A program made the translations under genes and the position numbers. Under the pieces are notes generated by a model. It did not search any database. It had not been told where the DNA came from and was given only the letters and a program-made list of their open reading frames with translations. From positions 2,046,001 through 2,110,000 of the forward strand of contig OZ316776.1 of the NCBI GenBank assembly GCA_973851085.1: a stretch of 64,000 bases of DNA, written 5' to 3'. This DNA comes from Ptychomitrium polyphyllum. Its lineage: Eukaryota. Positions 1-14,133 of this stretch are shown in pieces (positions within the stretch are counted from its first letter, which is position 1; every line of letters starts with the position of its first letter).

Positions 1-562
1 TTAGCCTTTGGAGTGTTCATTTGGTCCCTTTGAACCTGGGAAGTACATTTGTGTGGATTCCTGTCAAAAATCCAGAGATGATGTCATTTAGAATTTCAAC
101 TTCTTCCCGAAGACATTCATTTCGATAACTAGAAGCTAATTGAAGGAACAAAATGGAACTTGTTCAAAATACCTGCCTGATAGTTCTTCTAAATGTATTT
201 GGCCCCTCATTGACCAGATGTGCAAGAGAAAACACAACGATCTGCTGAGAGTTGTACGCAATTCCGAGAAGGTTAGGAACTCTTTCATTCTGGATAAGAC
301 AAATACAGATATAGGTTGCGTTGGATGCAGAAAGAGTGGAGCCTTGTTCACCGTAGCAGTTCTCTGACTCTTTTATTACCTGAATTCCTTTAGACTTGTC
401 TGAAAGAATTCTTTTGTCAAAGGATACTCTAGTCCCCACATCAGGTGCTAGAGGATGAATCGAACTTGTAGAGCTCCCAGTATCCCCGTTTCTATGTACC
501 TCCCGACTTGCACTGTACTTTGAGCTTTCAAAAGACCATGCCGCAGAATATCATTACATGCG

Positions 563-3500
563 ATGTCATTGTCCCTTGATGTTCATATCAGTATATTGCT
601 TAATTGTAAGCCTAAACAGTGGTTATCAACTCAGCAGAAGACCAGAATTTGTCAGCCAAAAGCATTTGGAAGAGTACTTCATACGGAAGAAAAACCACAT
701 TTCACTCGTAACAAGCACTTGTCCTCAAAGTTCGATCGAAGATGTGAGGTAAGAATATTGCTCCATCGCACTTGAAGTTTCGTTAATGAGGCGGTCCTGA
801 ATCATGTCTGTGCCTAATCTTAAGTGTGTATAACTGTCAGCTCCCTGCCAAAAAACGTTTTATGAACATTGCTCTACTTGTCTCATATATGGCGCAATTG
901 GTACCTAATAATGTCTTGATGCTCATTGCCTAGCTGTTATCTGCTGTGATCGTGATTCTGACCTAAGGTTTTTCCTCGCATGTACATTGCAGCTGGACTT
1001 GCTTCCGGGTGCTAAATGTCATGAAATTTGTCGTCGCAGCTCGTGCCAGGAAAATTCTTGGGTCGTACCTGAAGGAGGCAGGACATGCTTGAGTGTTGTG
1101 AGTACTCTCTTGTTTACCTGTGCTTTCAAGAACTCTGAGTTCTTCATGGCTTCCGCAATTTACCTGAACTTCTATCATTAATAATTGTTCTGTGCTTTAA
1201 AAAAAGTTGTGCACGATGTTATATCAAATTCGCTATTGTAGTCAAGAGGTTAATCTTATCATAAACACGGGTCTTTGAAAACCGACTATTGTTCACAAAG
1301 AAATATTCCTTCTTTTCAAGCATGCACAGATTGGCATTCTTCACTTATGCCCGATATGTATAATGTTTTACGGAAAACTCTGACCACTATAATACACTTG
1401 TCAACAATAGGTTGCTGATGATGAAGAACAATCTATCCGTGCCCAAAGTCTTGAGAGGGCGAAGAATCATGGGCTTAGAGTATTGGCGCGGTCTACCGAT
1501 CGCAACAGTGACGAAAAGTGTCAAATGCATCCTTCACTATTAACTTCAAAATCTTCTCCAAGAGGGACTCATGCAGTGATGGGCGCTCAGATTGTTCATG
1601 TACATACGCAGCATTTCTAATGTCAGAGTAGTGGATTTGTTTGAGGACATGTGTTAATCAACTTCACTAACTTTTATCTACTTGAAAAATCAGGAGTAGA
1701 TTCACTAGTGGTCATTTTTTTTGATGAGTTGTTATGAAACTTATCATGTTGGCAGAAGGAGCATGGATATGGCTCACTGTTTCCTGAATCAGTTCTTCGA
1801 GAAAGGAACTTTGATCCAGAAGCGACCTTGCCCATATCAAGCTGCTCTGGCTTTGACCACCCGAAGCAGGGAAATAAATTTGGTGTAAGTCACTAGTCAC
1901 TAAAATGCACAATAATTATCTAGTAGATGAATCCCTTCTTGCAATGCTACCGGGTTCTTGTTTGCTTCAGCAGCTAAAAGCTTCTGCATTGTACAATGTC
2001 GGAGCTCATCAGGATTTCATCTGCGTCTGAAATGTAGGATGATTGCACAATAGAGTGTCCTACAACGTGGGCATTCCAAGAGGACTCTGCCGCATTTAGC
2101 AGAGATATCACCAAGTCGAAATTCATTAAGGATGGATATTTAAAGTTAGGACCAACCACACACGTAAGTCTCAGGCATCTGCTTTAACGTCTCACATAAA
2201 ATATTCCAAAGGGAAATGTCAGTGGTTCAAATGGCAGTGTATCCATGTCTCAATCACACAGCAATTGGGCAAAACTTTGGAGGTCGAAGATGTTTTTTGT
2301 GGAAGGTTTTTTAGTGGAAGGGCGTGTTGCTTTATTACCATACATGAAAGCCCAAAGCCAGTACCTGGTACAACTCTCTCAACAAAGATTGGCTGTGATA
2401 TCTTAGTACATATGAAGGCAATTAATCTTGAACAACTGTATTCCCTGCAGGAATGGATGTTCTGAGGCGTAGAAATTTCTGACCACTTTTATAAACATGG
2501 TTATTACACACAAGAATACTTCTGTTATCTGTGCTTGAAGTTTGTTATGAAATTGTTGTGCAGAATCTTGATCGCAATTCTGAAGCACTTGAGGAACCAG
2601 TAACCAGCAAGAATGGAGGGGGCCAGCCTCACATACCACATATACAGCCTGTCTCCAGATCACAAATGACTACTTGTCGGTCACAAGAGGTTGAAAATAC
2701 CTAACGTTACAGACCATAGAATGTTCATGGTCATAGGTTATTCTTAAATTTTCAATTATGGACCCATTCATTTGAGCAGCAACAGATTCTGGCTAGGATA
2801 TCTACGCTTTTTCTAATATGGAATTCCCAATCTCTCAATGATGCTTCTCCATGCACTGTATACTGAATAATATATGGCATACCGCATTTTGTTTCAAAAA
2901 GAATGTTGAAACTATAAATCCATGCGGATTCGTTTCCTCCAGAAGCTTTTTCTGACTTCACAATTGGTCACAACTGCGACAGGGTTCAGAATATGTTACT
3001 GATAGAGTTTGTGGTGCAGGGCTGTCCACATGACCAACTTAATGAGAATCAATCGTCTGCTCCGGAAGATGCTGGATGGCCCAATGTCCCTGCACATACA
3101 ACAGCAGATGACCCCCCTCAAGCAGTGTGGCAGAAAATTGTGAGTGCAGTCCCTCAAACGTGCTCAAGTCCGTGTTATTAGTTTACATGAATGCTACTGA
3201 AAGGGGATGTTCTTTTGCCTACCTTATTCTTGGTATGTTATAAATGAATGGTGGATTGTGCTAAGCGGAGTACTCGTCACTAAGTAAGCAGAGAGAAGCT
3301 GTCCTTTTCATGCAATTGTGGATAAGGTCTTGGATTTTGAGCTACCTTATTCGAAAGTTGAAATATCTGATTGCAGAAAAGCAAACTTGTCATCCACTAA
3401 GCACTATTGAAGCGTTTTGTATGCAGATAGATCTTGCTGGCAAGATAGATTCATGCTTCTGCTCTTTAGACAACAAAATTGAACATTCCTTCAACTCGCT

Positions 3501-5891
3501 GGATGATAAACTAGAGACCAAGTTCAAATATTTAGATGAAGGTGTGACTTGCACAAGAGAAACGTTACAGGTTTGTCAGGAGACTTGATCTTCCCTTCCC
3601 TTTACCTTTCATAGCAACATGACTGAAGCACTGAGTAAATACTGACTCACACAGCTGCAGTGCATACAAAACTCTACTTCACTGCTAAGCAATATGCTGA
3701 TTTGAGGAAGAGTTATTTTACATGATTAACGTCATGTGCAATCCCTTTGAAGCAGATGTAGTCCTTATATATAACTGTGTATGAATTGAGTAAGACCTAA
3801 TGACATGAATCACAGATTTTATTTTAGGGCTCACATAGAAGATTGGATGATCCGTGCAAACACTGCAAATTATCCACATTGGGCTCTATGTGAAATAGAA
3901 AAATGAAAAAGTACATGTTGACAATTGAACACTGATAAACCAACTGCCGCCACTGCAAATGTCTATGGTGCAGGATAAGTTAAATGTACTGGAGAATCGC
4001 ATTGACCATTTAGAGAGGACATCACAAATCAGTCCCATGTCAGTCGAGGTATCTTATTGGCATTAATCGAGTTTTGTATCTTAAATACTTTTAACAAATT
4101 AGAATTCTCTGGGAAGAAGTCATGACTTAGGTTCCAAATATGTAGGAAGTACTATTTGTTAGATTTAATGTGCATAATTGAGATGTGAGAAGCATCATAA
4201 TTTTTCAACTCAGAATTGGTTTCTCTTTGATTTGCAGACTGGTGTAACTTACAATGATAATGGCCATCCTATACGTGATATAACTAACACCTTCAACAAC
4301 AGCATTGATAATGGATCATGTAAGTCATCATGCTCTCATCTTTGAGTCTGCTGATCAGCTCAGTTGCTTCTGCTTAAAAGGATACCAAACTGATCTATGG
4401 GCTTCACTTTACACTAGTCTGAAAGGAAGAGGCAAACATGGAAACCTCATTTTAAAGTACACTGTATAACATGAAGAATCCCATGAGCAATGTAAGGATC
4501 CACATAATGTTTGAGCAGATAACCTCTGATTGCTAGGCATCACTTCTATTGAATCATGTTGTGCACATAATTCAGGGAGGAACTTTACATGTTTGCAGTC
4601 AAGGGATCCTCTGGTTTATTATCCAAACCTGTATCAACAACAGGTTCAACTTCTTTTTCTACATTTTTCAAGCAGCCTAATTTTTACACAACAAAATTTG
4701 AATAACAAAGTAATCTGAGTGTAGCATCTAAATGTTTTCCTAGTTACTGCAATTGCATCCTTTTGTAATAACAACACAAAAGTTCATTGCTAAAACCATT
4801 GGTTTGATGTGTACATTGATACAACCTATGTAAACTTCCATTCCTTCAATCACAAGATGGTCAAATTACATGAATCCACATCAACCAGCAATGTTTCTAG
4901 AAGTTAATCAAAATTTAAAGAGGCATAGATATCTATTACTGCTATAGGAACTGATGTTATATATGAATATTTATAGCAGGATACGCAAAACATACAAAAT
5001 ATGCCCTTGTATGCAGGCCTATTGAAGGCAAGCACTCAAGATTTCATTGCAAGTGTGAGAGCACACTTTCATCAAACAAAAGAGGTATTATATTAAATTT
5101 CAACTAGGTAGTTGATCTTTTATGGTGAGTTGTAATGGGTGAGTATGAGTATGTAATGTAGGAGAACTCTGGCTCTTTGAGGAACACATGTAGTTGAATA
5201 TACATGTAACTACATAGTTATCTACAGATGCACTAACCTAAGCACTCATGATGACGAATGCAATTAAATTGAATTGCATGTGTAAAAATGTCAATCATGT
5301 AATACAGCTTTAGTTGATTTGACTAAGTATTGGAGTAATCCAAGTATCCAGTCGAGGCATAAGAAAACTCCTAGTCTTGGTTCCAGGAATTAGTGCAAAT
5401 TAAACAATGTCATATTGAAGCCCTCAAATGGAAATTACCCAAATATTGAAATATTAGAGTGAGCATCACTATTCAAATGAATGTTCCAAGTTCGATACAC
5501 CTAGACTAAGTATCAAATAAATTTGGGAAATCAGATCACCATTGAAGTCTACAAATTTATGAGTTCGTTATGACTTCAGACTTGGTATTCTTTGTTATAG
5601 AAACAGTTATATACAGTGTGAGCTGTTTTTGATGCAGAGGTGATTGCCTTGTGTTCTTACAGATGCTGAAAGTAAACAATAACTCACCACATGTGATGTG
5701 TAAGTATCATTCCGTTGTCATGGTATAAAAAGCCTCTATGCTCCACCTTACTGTTCTTTAATCATCAAAACTGTTTGGCCAATGAAGAAGAAAAATGTCA
5801 CAGATTTATGGGTAGATTGGTATAGAAACCCCCAATTGTTCATGGTGCCTTGTTTCTTCAAATGACAGATTCTGGACAACCTGCTTTTTAA
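563..5891 (+). CDS. Predicted ~14-exon gene, ~484 aa, unknown function, with a coiled-coil-like segment in the C-terminal half
   Basis: Exons assembled by hand from AG/GT sites: 563-748, 993-1097, 1411-1599, 1756-1884, 2038-2163, 2564-2689, 3020-3139, 3427-3570, 3974-4048, 4238-4319, 4599-4643, 5017-5084, 5663-5699, 5869-5891 (TAA). All are stop-free and phase-compatible. Heptad-like stretch: IDLAGKIDSCFCSLDNKIEHSFNSLDDKLETKFKYLDEGVTCTRETLQDKLNVLENRIDHLERT. The start codon and a possible extra exon near 2262 are uncertain. Confidence 0.6.
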
Positions 5892-8800
5892 TTAATTCAG
5901 TTGATTGTTAGAATACTGTTAGTCTAGGTGTCATAATGTGTGTTGATGCATAGTCTACAAGTGATATTGCTCAGTGACTGGACCAACATGGGTGTACTTG
6001 CAGAGTCCCAGCTTGGATGTAGTACATGATCTCTTTGCAACAGAGCATCAGACAGACAGTGAGTTTTTCAGTGTCAACAAAAGTAGATATTAAGTTCTGT
6101 GATATACTGGGCAAACACAGAACACTGAAATAAATTGTATATTGACTGCAATGAAGTTTACTTTCACTTGTGCTAGTACAAGTAAATAAAATTTCTAGAG
6201 TAGTAGTCATTGTGAGTATTAGCCCTATCATGCCAAGCTTTCAGATATCAATATAGTAATCCCAAACATTTTGATAAAGGATAACATCACATGGTACTGC
6301 CACTGCATCAATCATAGTTTCATTAAGGGTATGTTCTATGGAGGTGGCAATTGCTCAATTGCTCATTTGCTCTGAGCAAGGGAGGTTGTTGTTTAAGCTT
6401 CTATTTGGATAAGATTGTCTTCCTTTTAATCTAGGTTGGAAACTGGTAGTTGTAATAATGTAGCAATTTTAGAAAATTATTTGCAGAAGATAAGTGTTTC
6501 AGTAATTTGGAATTTTGTTAGGTTGTGCAGTTCTAGATGAGGGTTGCAAGAAATAGGCATTAAATCCTACCTACCTTGTTGCTTTGCAACTCCATATAGT
6601 AGAGAGCTCCCACAAACTTGTGTACTAAATGGGCTTGGTTTCTGTGGAGTGTCTTTGTGTTGTGACATATTTTGCAATGTGAATTCATTAAATTTTAAAA
6701 CAACTAAAAAAATTAAAACTAAAACTTTCGCGTGAAGCTTAAGGGTAAATGAACTTCACTTGGGTTTTTTAGTGTGTACATATTGATGGAGCAGTAGTGT
6801 ATGTGCAAAGATTCCTCAGCCTTCTGCCAGTCCAACTGTTACTTCCATTTAGATCACCTTCACTCATGACCTGATCCAAGTTGATTGCTCAATGTGTCAG
6901 ACAAGGAAATCATAAATTTATATCCTGTTTCAATGTACATTCAGAGGGACTGCTGGCAAATGCACAACAGAGAGATTTGAGGCCCAGGTCCATGATGAAT
7001 AAGATGAACAGATTGTGGGTCATCCATGTTGACCTCATTGACCAACTTCTGTCCAGTATTCATCTTCCTTTACAAAGGACATGTGGTTCACAAGAAATGA
7101 GTCAATAATCTGTTTGAAAGAATGTGAGCTTCTCCAACTTGAAGCTCATGGTCAGCCAGACATACAAGGAGCTTACCTATTTTGACTTGTAGAATGGTCA
7201 CCACTTCAGGTCATCACAAGTGTCAACTTCTACACCTGCAGGCTTTCTATGCCATATATTTTTATGTGAGAAAGCTCAAATAATTGAAACAAAAGTAGCA
7301 AAATGATGCTTGTTTAGAGAAGCTTGGAAGGAAAGAAAAGCGCTCAGCCTGTGGGGCACTATTTGTGCCAAGTTCACACTCAACCATTGTATCCAAAATG
7401 ACTCAAGAGCAAAGCAACCAAACGTAAAGGACAGCTGGAATATGCAGTATTTCCTAGGGTCAAAGTGGTTGAAAGTGTGTCTTTTTGCATCCACCTTGAA
7501 TTTCCCTGGGGTCAGGTGCTGGTGCCTCTACCATGAGTTGGCTGCAAGCTATGCATTAATTAGCTTGCATCATTCCCTGTGAATAAAAAAATCTAAAGTT
7601 GAAATTACAAATACATTACTGGTCCTACCTGAAAACTGGGTCACCACCTTGATGTCTCTGTTCTACCATATTGACCTGGTAGGTAGAACCCCATCTTACC
7701 ATTGCCCTTTTTTGACTTCTGCAATTGTAATAAGTGAAGAATAGCTATCAACATTTGGAAGGATTCCATAGTCAACACACTGTCGTCACATGATGGACCT
7801 TGTATTAATCAATGTAGCCAATCAATGTCTTTTGAGAGAGGATCCTGCTTTGCTTATGGAGAAATTTACTGATAGCAGAAGAAGAGGAAAACTAAGAGAT
7901 GTTTTTTGAAGTTCATTGATACCACATACATAGGTCAGCTGATAATCAGGAAGAGTAGAACTGATGCACTCCTTGACACCAGCAGACATACAGTGAGGTC
8001 CTCTGTACAAGTGCATCCCCTAAGTTACTCAAGAGAGGGTTGGTGTTTGTATGTTATCAACACACAAACAGAAAGTACATTATCTCATTTAAGTTTTTCT
8101 CTTTATTTCTTTCACAAGTTCAACATGGACCCAGATTCCAGTAGGCAAAGTTTTAATGATCAAAACCTTATTGTTGAGCTATCTATATGCTGATTCCTGT
8201 TGACAGCGGGGTCTAGATTTCTAAGTACATAGAATACATAAATCTCTTCTTCAGCAATCATTGTAGGAAATTCAAAGCGTCATTGATGAAGGAAATTTAC
8301 ATTTGAGTCAGATCATGCAGACTTCAGAAGGGCCTTCCAAACTCTAGAAGTAGTTGACCCAACAACCACCAATGAAAGATAAGAAAACTCACAATAGTGG
8401 GTTCTTTTTCATTTCTTACTTGGAACGGCCGTTTTAATTGGCAATGTCACAATGATACGTGGGTCACGTGATACCTAGATAAAACCTGGTTGTAAACCTC
8501 AATTCTTTATGGAGATTTAGCTATTTCTTTCATTGATGTTTTCACAATGCTTTGTTGAAATTCACCATCTATTTTCAATTGTGGTAAAATGGCTAAAATA
8601 GATAGTAAAATGTTACATTATGATTTGCATAATATTCTTCAATGATCCCTTTAAACATCCTCTTTCAAAAGAATTAACACACTTATAAAAGGTCCAAATA
8701 TTTTAATTTGACAAATCAAGTTCCATTGAACATTGAAATTAGTTGTAAGCTAACTCATCATTCTTGATTTCTACTTGCATTAATTAGCCACCACATACGT

Positions 8801-9234
8801 TTACAATTGTTTATTATTGCTTTACCACATTTCAAGGCAAAAGTGAAGAGTGCTAATTGTTGAATACATGTTATGTGAATGCTTATTGAGCATTGTAGTT
8901 TCAATTATGAAAAGAATATAATTTATGTTACTTTGATGGAAGCTATGCTGCCTAGATTTAAATTTAAACTTAGCAAATTTGATGGAAAATCTTACTTATA
9001 TATTAGAAAACTACATAAACATATTCCTTCAAAAAATACTCTGACTACCAAGTACCATTCTTTGAGAAAAATTTGGCTTTGTATTCAAAGTATTTATTGG
9101 AAATTATTTCAATAAAATAGGAATCCATTTCTATCAATGACTATATAATTTTATTCCAAGAAAAATAATGAATATAATTGCATAAGACCATTTCTAGCCC
9201 ACATACATCAAACTATCCAAAAAAATCTTTTTAC

Positions 9235-9581
9235 ACATGGTACTAGAACTTCAAAATGCTATCATTGGAAGTACATAAAAAGTAATAAAATTTCAAAATT
9301 TGAACATTAGATGATAGGATTATGCCACTCTACAAGCATACTAGTGTATAATGTTTAAAAGCATTCATCAAATTTTTGGAGCTAATTGATTAATTTACAT
9401 TTAATGGATCAAGTCCTATCAATTGCCAAAATTTGATGATATCTTTCAAACTTTGTACACTAGCATGTTAGTAAGGGGCATACTATTGTCATCTAATGTC
9501 CATATTTACAATTTTTGTGCTTATTTTATGTGATTTTTTAATGTATTTACATGATAGCATTTTTAATATTGGTTCCATATG
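9235..9581. repeat. Degenerate foldback (long imperfect inverted repeat), MITE-like
   Basis: Paired arms AAAATGCTATCAT (9253)/ATGATAGCATTTT (9551), ACATTAGATGA (9304)/TCATCTAATGT (9489), CTAGTGTA/TACACTAG and CATCAAATTTT/AAAATTTGATG, symmetric about ~9400. The outer ends are approximate. Confidence 0.6.
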
Positions 9582-11458
9582 AATAAAGAGGTTCTTTCTT
9601 GATGTTATAATTCTTCAAGAAATGTCCTAATATTCGTCAAGAATCGAATTAACTCATTCTCATCTAAAACTTTGGAAAACCAACAATAAATGATGGTAAA
9701 TTAATGAAGGCCTGAGTCTAAATAGGTGATTTGACTAACCAAAATTCTTTAATCTTTAATGAAATTAGGTTTTGATAATGAGATGGTACCTTAAAATGGT
9801 GGAATAATTCCTTTGGACATTTGAGGGGTCGTTGAAGAATGTTATAAGAGTAGCAGTCACCTGAAAATAGTTGACTGTGAGGGTCTTACAGTGCTTTTAA
9901 TGAGAAGATAAACCTCCATTCAACAATACGAAACAGCTGCATTGACAATTTACATTGTCAGGCAATCTGGAGAAAGCTGCTCAGGTTTCTCAGAAAGGTC
10001 CTTCTCATAGTGACTAAACCTGCAGTGACCCCCGACAGCTGCCAAGAATTTCTTCGAACCAAACGATTCATCATTAGAATCACTACACGAAGGTACTTAG
10101 TGTCATATCGCATTTACTGTCACAATCAAGCACTTTACAGGTATCGTTGTTCATAAGCACTCAACAATTAAAAGCTTGTTCACATAAATGTTGGTGACGC
10201 TACTTTGATAGTTTATGTTTACTATCATAGCCTGATATTTAGAATTGGTGACATTAAAAACCATTTTCAGTGCAGCATAGTCTGTAATTTAAAATGCTGG
10301 CTGCAGAATAACGGAGCAGGATAGAGTGTTCTTTGGGTCCTCCTCAGTTGCAATGATAAGCAACTGATGTCCAGTGATTCACCTGGTAGTTGCATTCCTT
10401 CCTGCTGGAGGAAGAACAAGAAGAGTTTCATTGAGATGAAGGAAGTTGGCGGAGGTGGCGGCTGAACCAATGCCAATACATAAATCCAATGATCCCGCTA
10501 TGAGGCCAAAATGATGGAGGTTTGAGAAAGGAATTATTTTACGTGTAGGAGTTGGCTGAGGAATCTGAGATGGTAGTTCAACGAGTCCACCTCACTTGAT
10601 GCCCCAATGAGTTGCTTTCCAATGGGCTGGCTGGTAGGTTCACCTCCCTTTCGGATATCAATAATCACAAGCAAAAGGACTATGAAAAATGCGAAAAACC
10701 TGCAAGCCGTTTTTGCATGAGAAAAGACAAACTCACATTATTGACACAAAGGGCCTAGCTTGCCATCACCACATTTCTCCTTCCTGCTTGCAAACTAGCT
10801 GCTGCTTCCTCTGCTCACTTTCTGCCCAATTTGGGCAGCTCTATCCACATCCATGAAACTTTATGACTCATAAACAATGTTATGTGTGCAATATACAACT
10901 GTACCAAAGACCAGTAGTCCCCAAATGTTTGCTGTAGTGCAGTATTTTTTAATCTAATATATGCAAGATATACAAGTAGTAGTACTCCACCATATTGTAT
11001 TTACTCAGAAATCTTGCTGTTGCATATCCATTCTGTCTTGTGGTGCTGCCAAACTAATCCTTGGCATGCAAGATATCAAGGCCAGTATTGCGAGTCAAGT
11101 TCTTGGGTTATGTTGGAGTTCTATATGGAAGTGGATAGTTCGTTGATTTCTTCTTGGGTACTAGGACATGAACACAGGAGTTGCTGCATGTTGTCTGTAG
11201 TACAACTTCACATGAGCTTTGTTGAGAGAAGGATCTGTAATGAGTTGTAAAATTTCAGGTCCAGAGGACGAGTGTCTCCAGATGACGGATAATCCATATC
11301 TGAATTTGCAAGGAGAAAGAAGTTCAGTTCAAACTATGCAGAATTGTGAATCCTAAGGAGGGAGTGAGTGAAACTGAAGTAGGCATTTGGAAAACTACTT
11401 CTTGCACAAGTTTATGGAATTTATGACGAAGACTTTATCACTTCATGTCAGGTGTCAG

Positions 11459-12752
11459 ATGGGTCACGGCTACTCAGCGAAGGTGGTATTGCTTCTTGTG
11501 CTGGTTGTGAGCTGTATGTTGCAAGTTGTGCAAAGCACCTTTGGTATCACTCAGCCTGGCCAGCTCGTGAAGTCCTACTACGACGCCTCATGTCCCAAAG
11601 CTGAGCACATAGTGCGCAAGATCGTGGCCAAAGCAGTGAAAGACGACCCCAGAGCTGCTGCATCACTTGTGCGCTTGTTTTTCCATGACTGCTTCGTGTC
11701 GGTAAGTACCAACACTTTTTTGCAATAGGCCTGATGCAATGATTCATGTTCCTTCTGAAACAGAGTTTACTGACTTCCAAGTTAGAACATGTTGAATGAA
11801 TTTTCTACTACATGATCAGCTAGGACTCATTCATTTCGATCTGCAGGGCTGCGATGGATCGGTGCTGCTTGACAATTCCACAGTAATGGTGAGTGAGAAG
11901 GGAGCTCGCCCCAATGTCAACACACTTCGTGGGTTCGGTATCATTGAGGACATCAAGGAAGCCCTCGAGAAGGAATGCTGTAACACAGTCTCCTGTGCCG
12001 ATATCTTAGCTATTGCTGCCCGAGACTCTGTTGTTAAGGTAATCAAATAAAATCGTTTCAAATTTCAATAGCAATTGCTCAAATTCTTGAATCCAGATAA
12101 GAAAATTTTAATCCTTTGGAGGAAGTAGCTGAGGCATGATTGTTTTTTATCCCTCTCTCAGACTGGGGGCCCATATTACGACGTGCTGTTGGGTCGGCGA
12201 GACAACACCATCGCCAATTATAGTGGTGCAAACGCTGTGCTTCCATCGCCGAAGTTTAATGTTACAACGCTCACGCAGAAATTTATAGCCGTTGGCTTAA
12301 CGAAGGAAGACATGGTCACTCTCTCCGGTGCTCACACTATCGGCAAGTCACACTGCACTTCCATCACAACGCGCCTTTTCAACCAAAGCGGCACAATTAA
12401 GCCCGACCCCGCCATCCCCTCCGAGCTCCTAACAAAGTTGCAAACCAAGTGCCCAAATGACCCAACTGACCTAAAGACGACACTTGTGCTTGACGACGTA
12501 ACGCCTGAGACTTTCGACAACCAATATTTTAAGAATCTTCTGGATCGACGAGGAATTCTGTACTCTGACCAAATCCTGGCGGACACGGAAGGGTCCAATC
12601 TGGAGCTCGTTAAGTTGTACGCTGCCGATCAGAACCTGTTCTTCGAGGCGTTTGTGAAGTCGATGACAAAGATGGGAAACATCAGCCCCTTAACGGGAAG
12701 CAATGGCGAGATTCGCAAGAAATGCCATCGGGTGAATAATTATAAAGACTAA
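11459..12752 (+). CDS. Class III secretory plant peroxidase, ~341 aa, 3 exons (11459-11701, 11847-12038, 12162-12752)
   Basis: N-terminal signal peptide, distal heme motif [32 protein letters not shown], proximal His motif [19 protein letters not shown] and C-terminal GEIRKKC; GT-AG introns in frame. Confidence 0.96.
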
Positions 12753-14133
12753 TCATTCGTGTACAGCTGTGTACAAGGCTTACTTTGGCTCACGGCAGAT
12801 GTATAATTGTAGGTGCAGTCTAGGCCACCCCGAGTGGCACTAGTGTACAGGTATTACAATTGGGAATTGGTCTCTTCAGACATAAGTCTGAGAAATATTC
12901 GAGAATCTTTTAGCTTGTAAAGTACCATTGTAGAATACAGAGAAAATAGACTTAGAAATAGGAAATTATTTGACTCCTCGCGTTAGCTCTTGTTGAAGAA
13001 CTCACGTGTTGACGGTATTCTGGTACTATTCAATAGATCTTTAGGGCAATAGAATTCTAGCAACTGAAGTGGTTTGAGTTTCACAAAAAACTAAACCTGT
13101 TGCTGTAGCAGAGTCTGTTGCAAGTTCAGCTACAAATTGCTAGGCGACAAAAGCAGGGTCCATAGACACTGTCAAGCATTTCCCAAAAAGAGGTTCGAAA
13201 AATTCACTGCAAACAACCCAGTCTTGGAAGTAAGTGGTCCATCATCAGAAAATACTGTATACGGTACTAACTTTGGTATGTGAATCTTGTCTGACGTACC
13301 ACATTTGCGGTATATGAATTCAGTAACGCACCGTCCAATCTGCTTGGTACTATATTGGCGCGATGTTGGCAGCCAAATGATAGCTGCACGAGGTCCTGCG
13401 CAAAGCATTAATCGAAAAAGGTTAAAAAAAGTTTAGTCTTTAATACCAACATCAGCTGCTGGCTCCTGAAACAATACATTACTAATACACTTTTATATGA
13501 ACAAAAACACTTCATTCTACTAACCTTGGACAAGCAGATTTATTCGCACTCAGGAACTCCATCCAAATCAGTACCTATTTCGTTTCTCGCTTTAGTTTGC
13601 TGGAAACTGCATTCATTTTTGAGTTCTCCTTGCCGACCCCTTCCAAGTTAAAATCGATTTGACGACATTTGGGAGGACCAAAATTGACACCAGCTTCTTA
13701 TGTAAGAACGTCTCTCATGCAATACCCCAGATGATTGACTCGAACGACTTCAATGATCAAACGAACGACATAAAACAGCCGCCCTCTATGCATTAATTCT
13801 ATCATACACACAATTGTGCATTGTTAGCATGCAGATCATAGCCATGAGGGCATAAATAAGATTCACGTGGACTGTATATTCTTAATGCTACAGAACAAAT
13901 TAATATCTACATCCGCATCCTAACACCGGTACTAGATTTCCAATTTTCACAGCACACCTTTACGACCTATTCTGAACTTGACCAAAAAAATGGACCTAGC
14001 TTCTGTTATACCCACTGTGCCTACTGGTCATGCTGGCAGAGCTCTACTTTCCTCCTTACTAATCGGAGAACGGTTACAGGTACGCTGATGTAGATACCAC
14101 TTACAACAGAGAGAATCGTGCCTAGACCCTGCT

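Noticed and set aside
5971..8350. Possible decayed retroelement (copia RNase H or LINE RT-like snippets)
   Set aside because: No convincing catalytic motif or termini could be read.
8579..8830. TGTGGTAAA/TTTACCACA inverted ends suggesting a small MITE
   Set aside because: Only a 9 bp match in AT-rich DNA, with no TSD identified.
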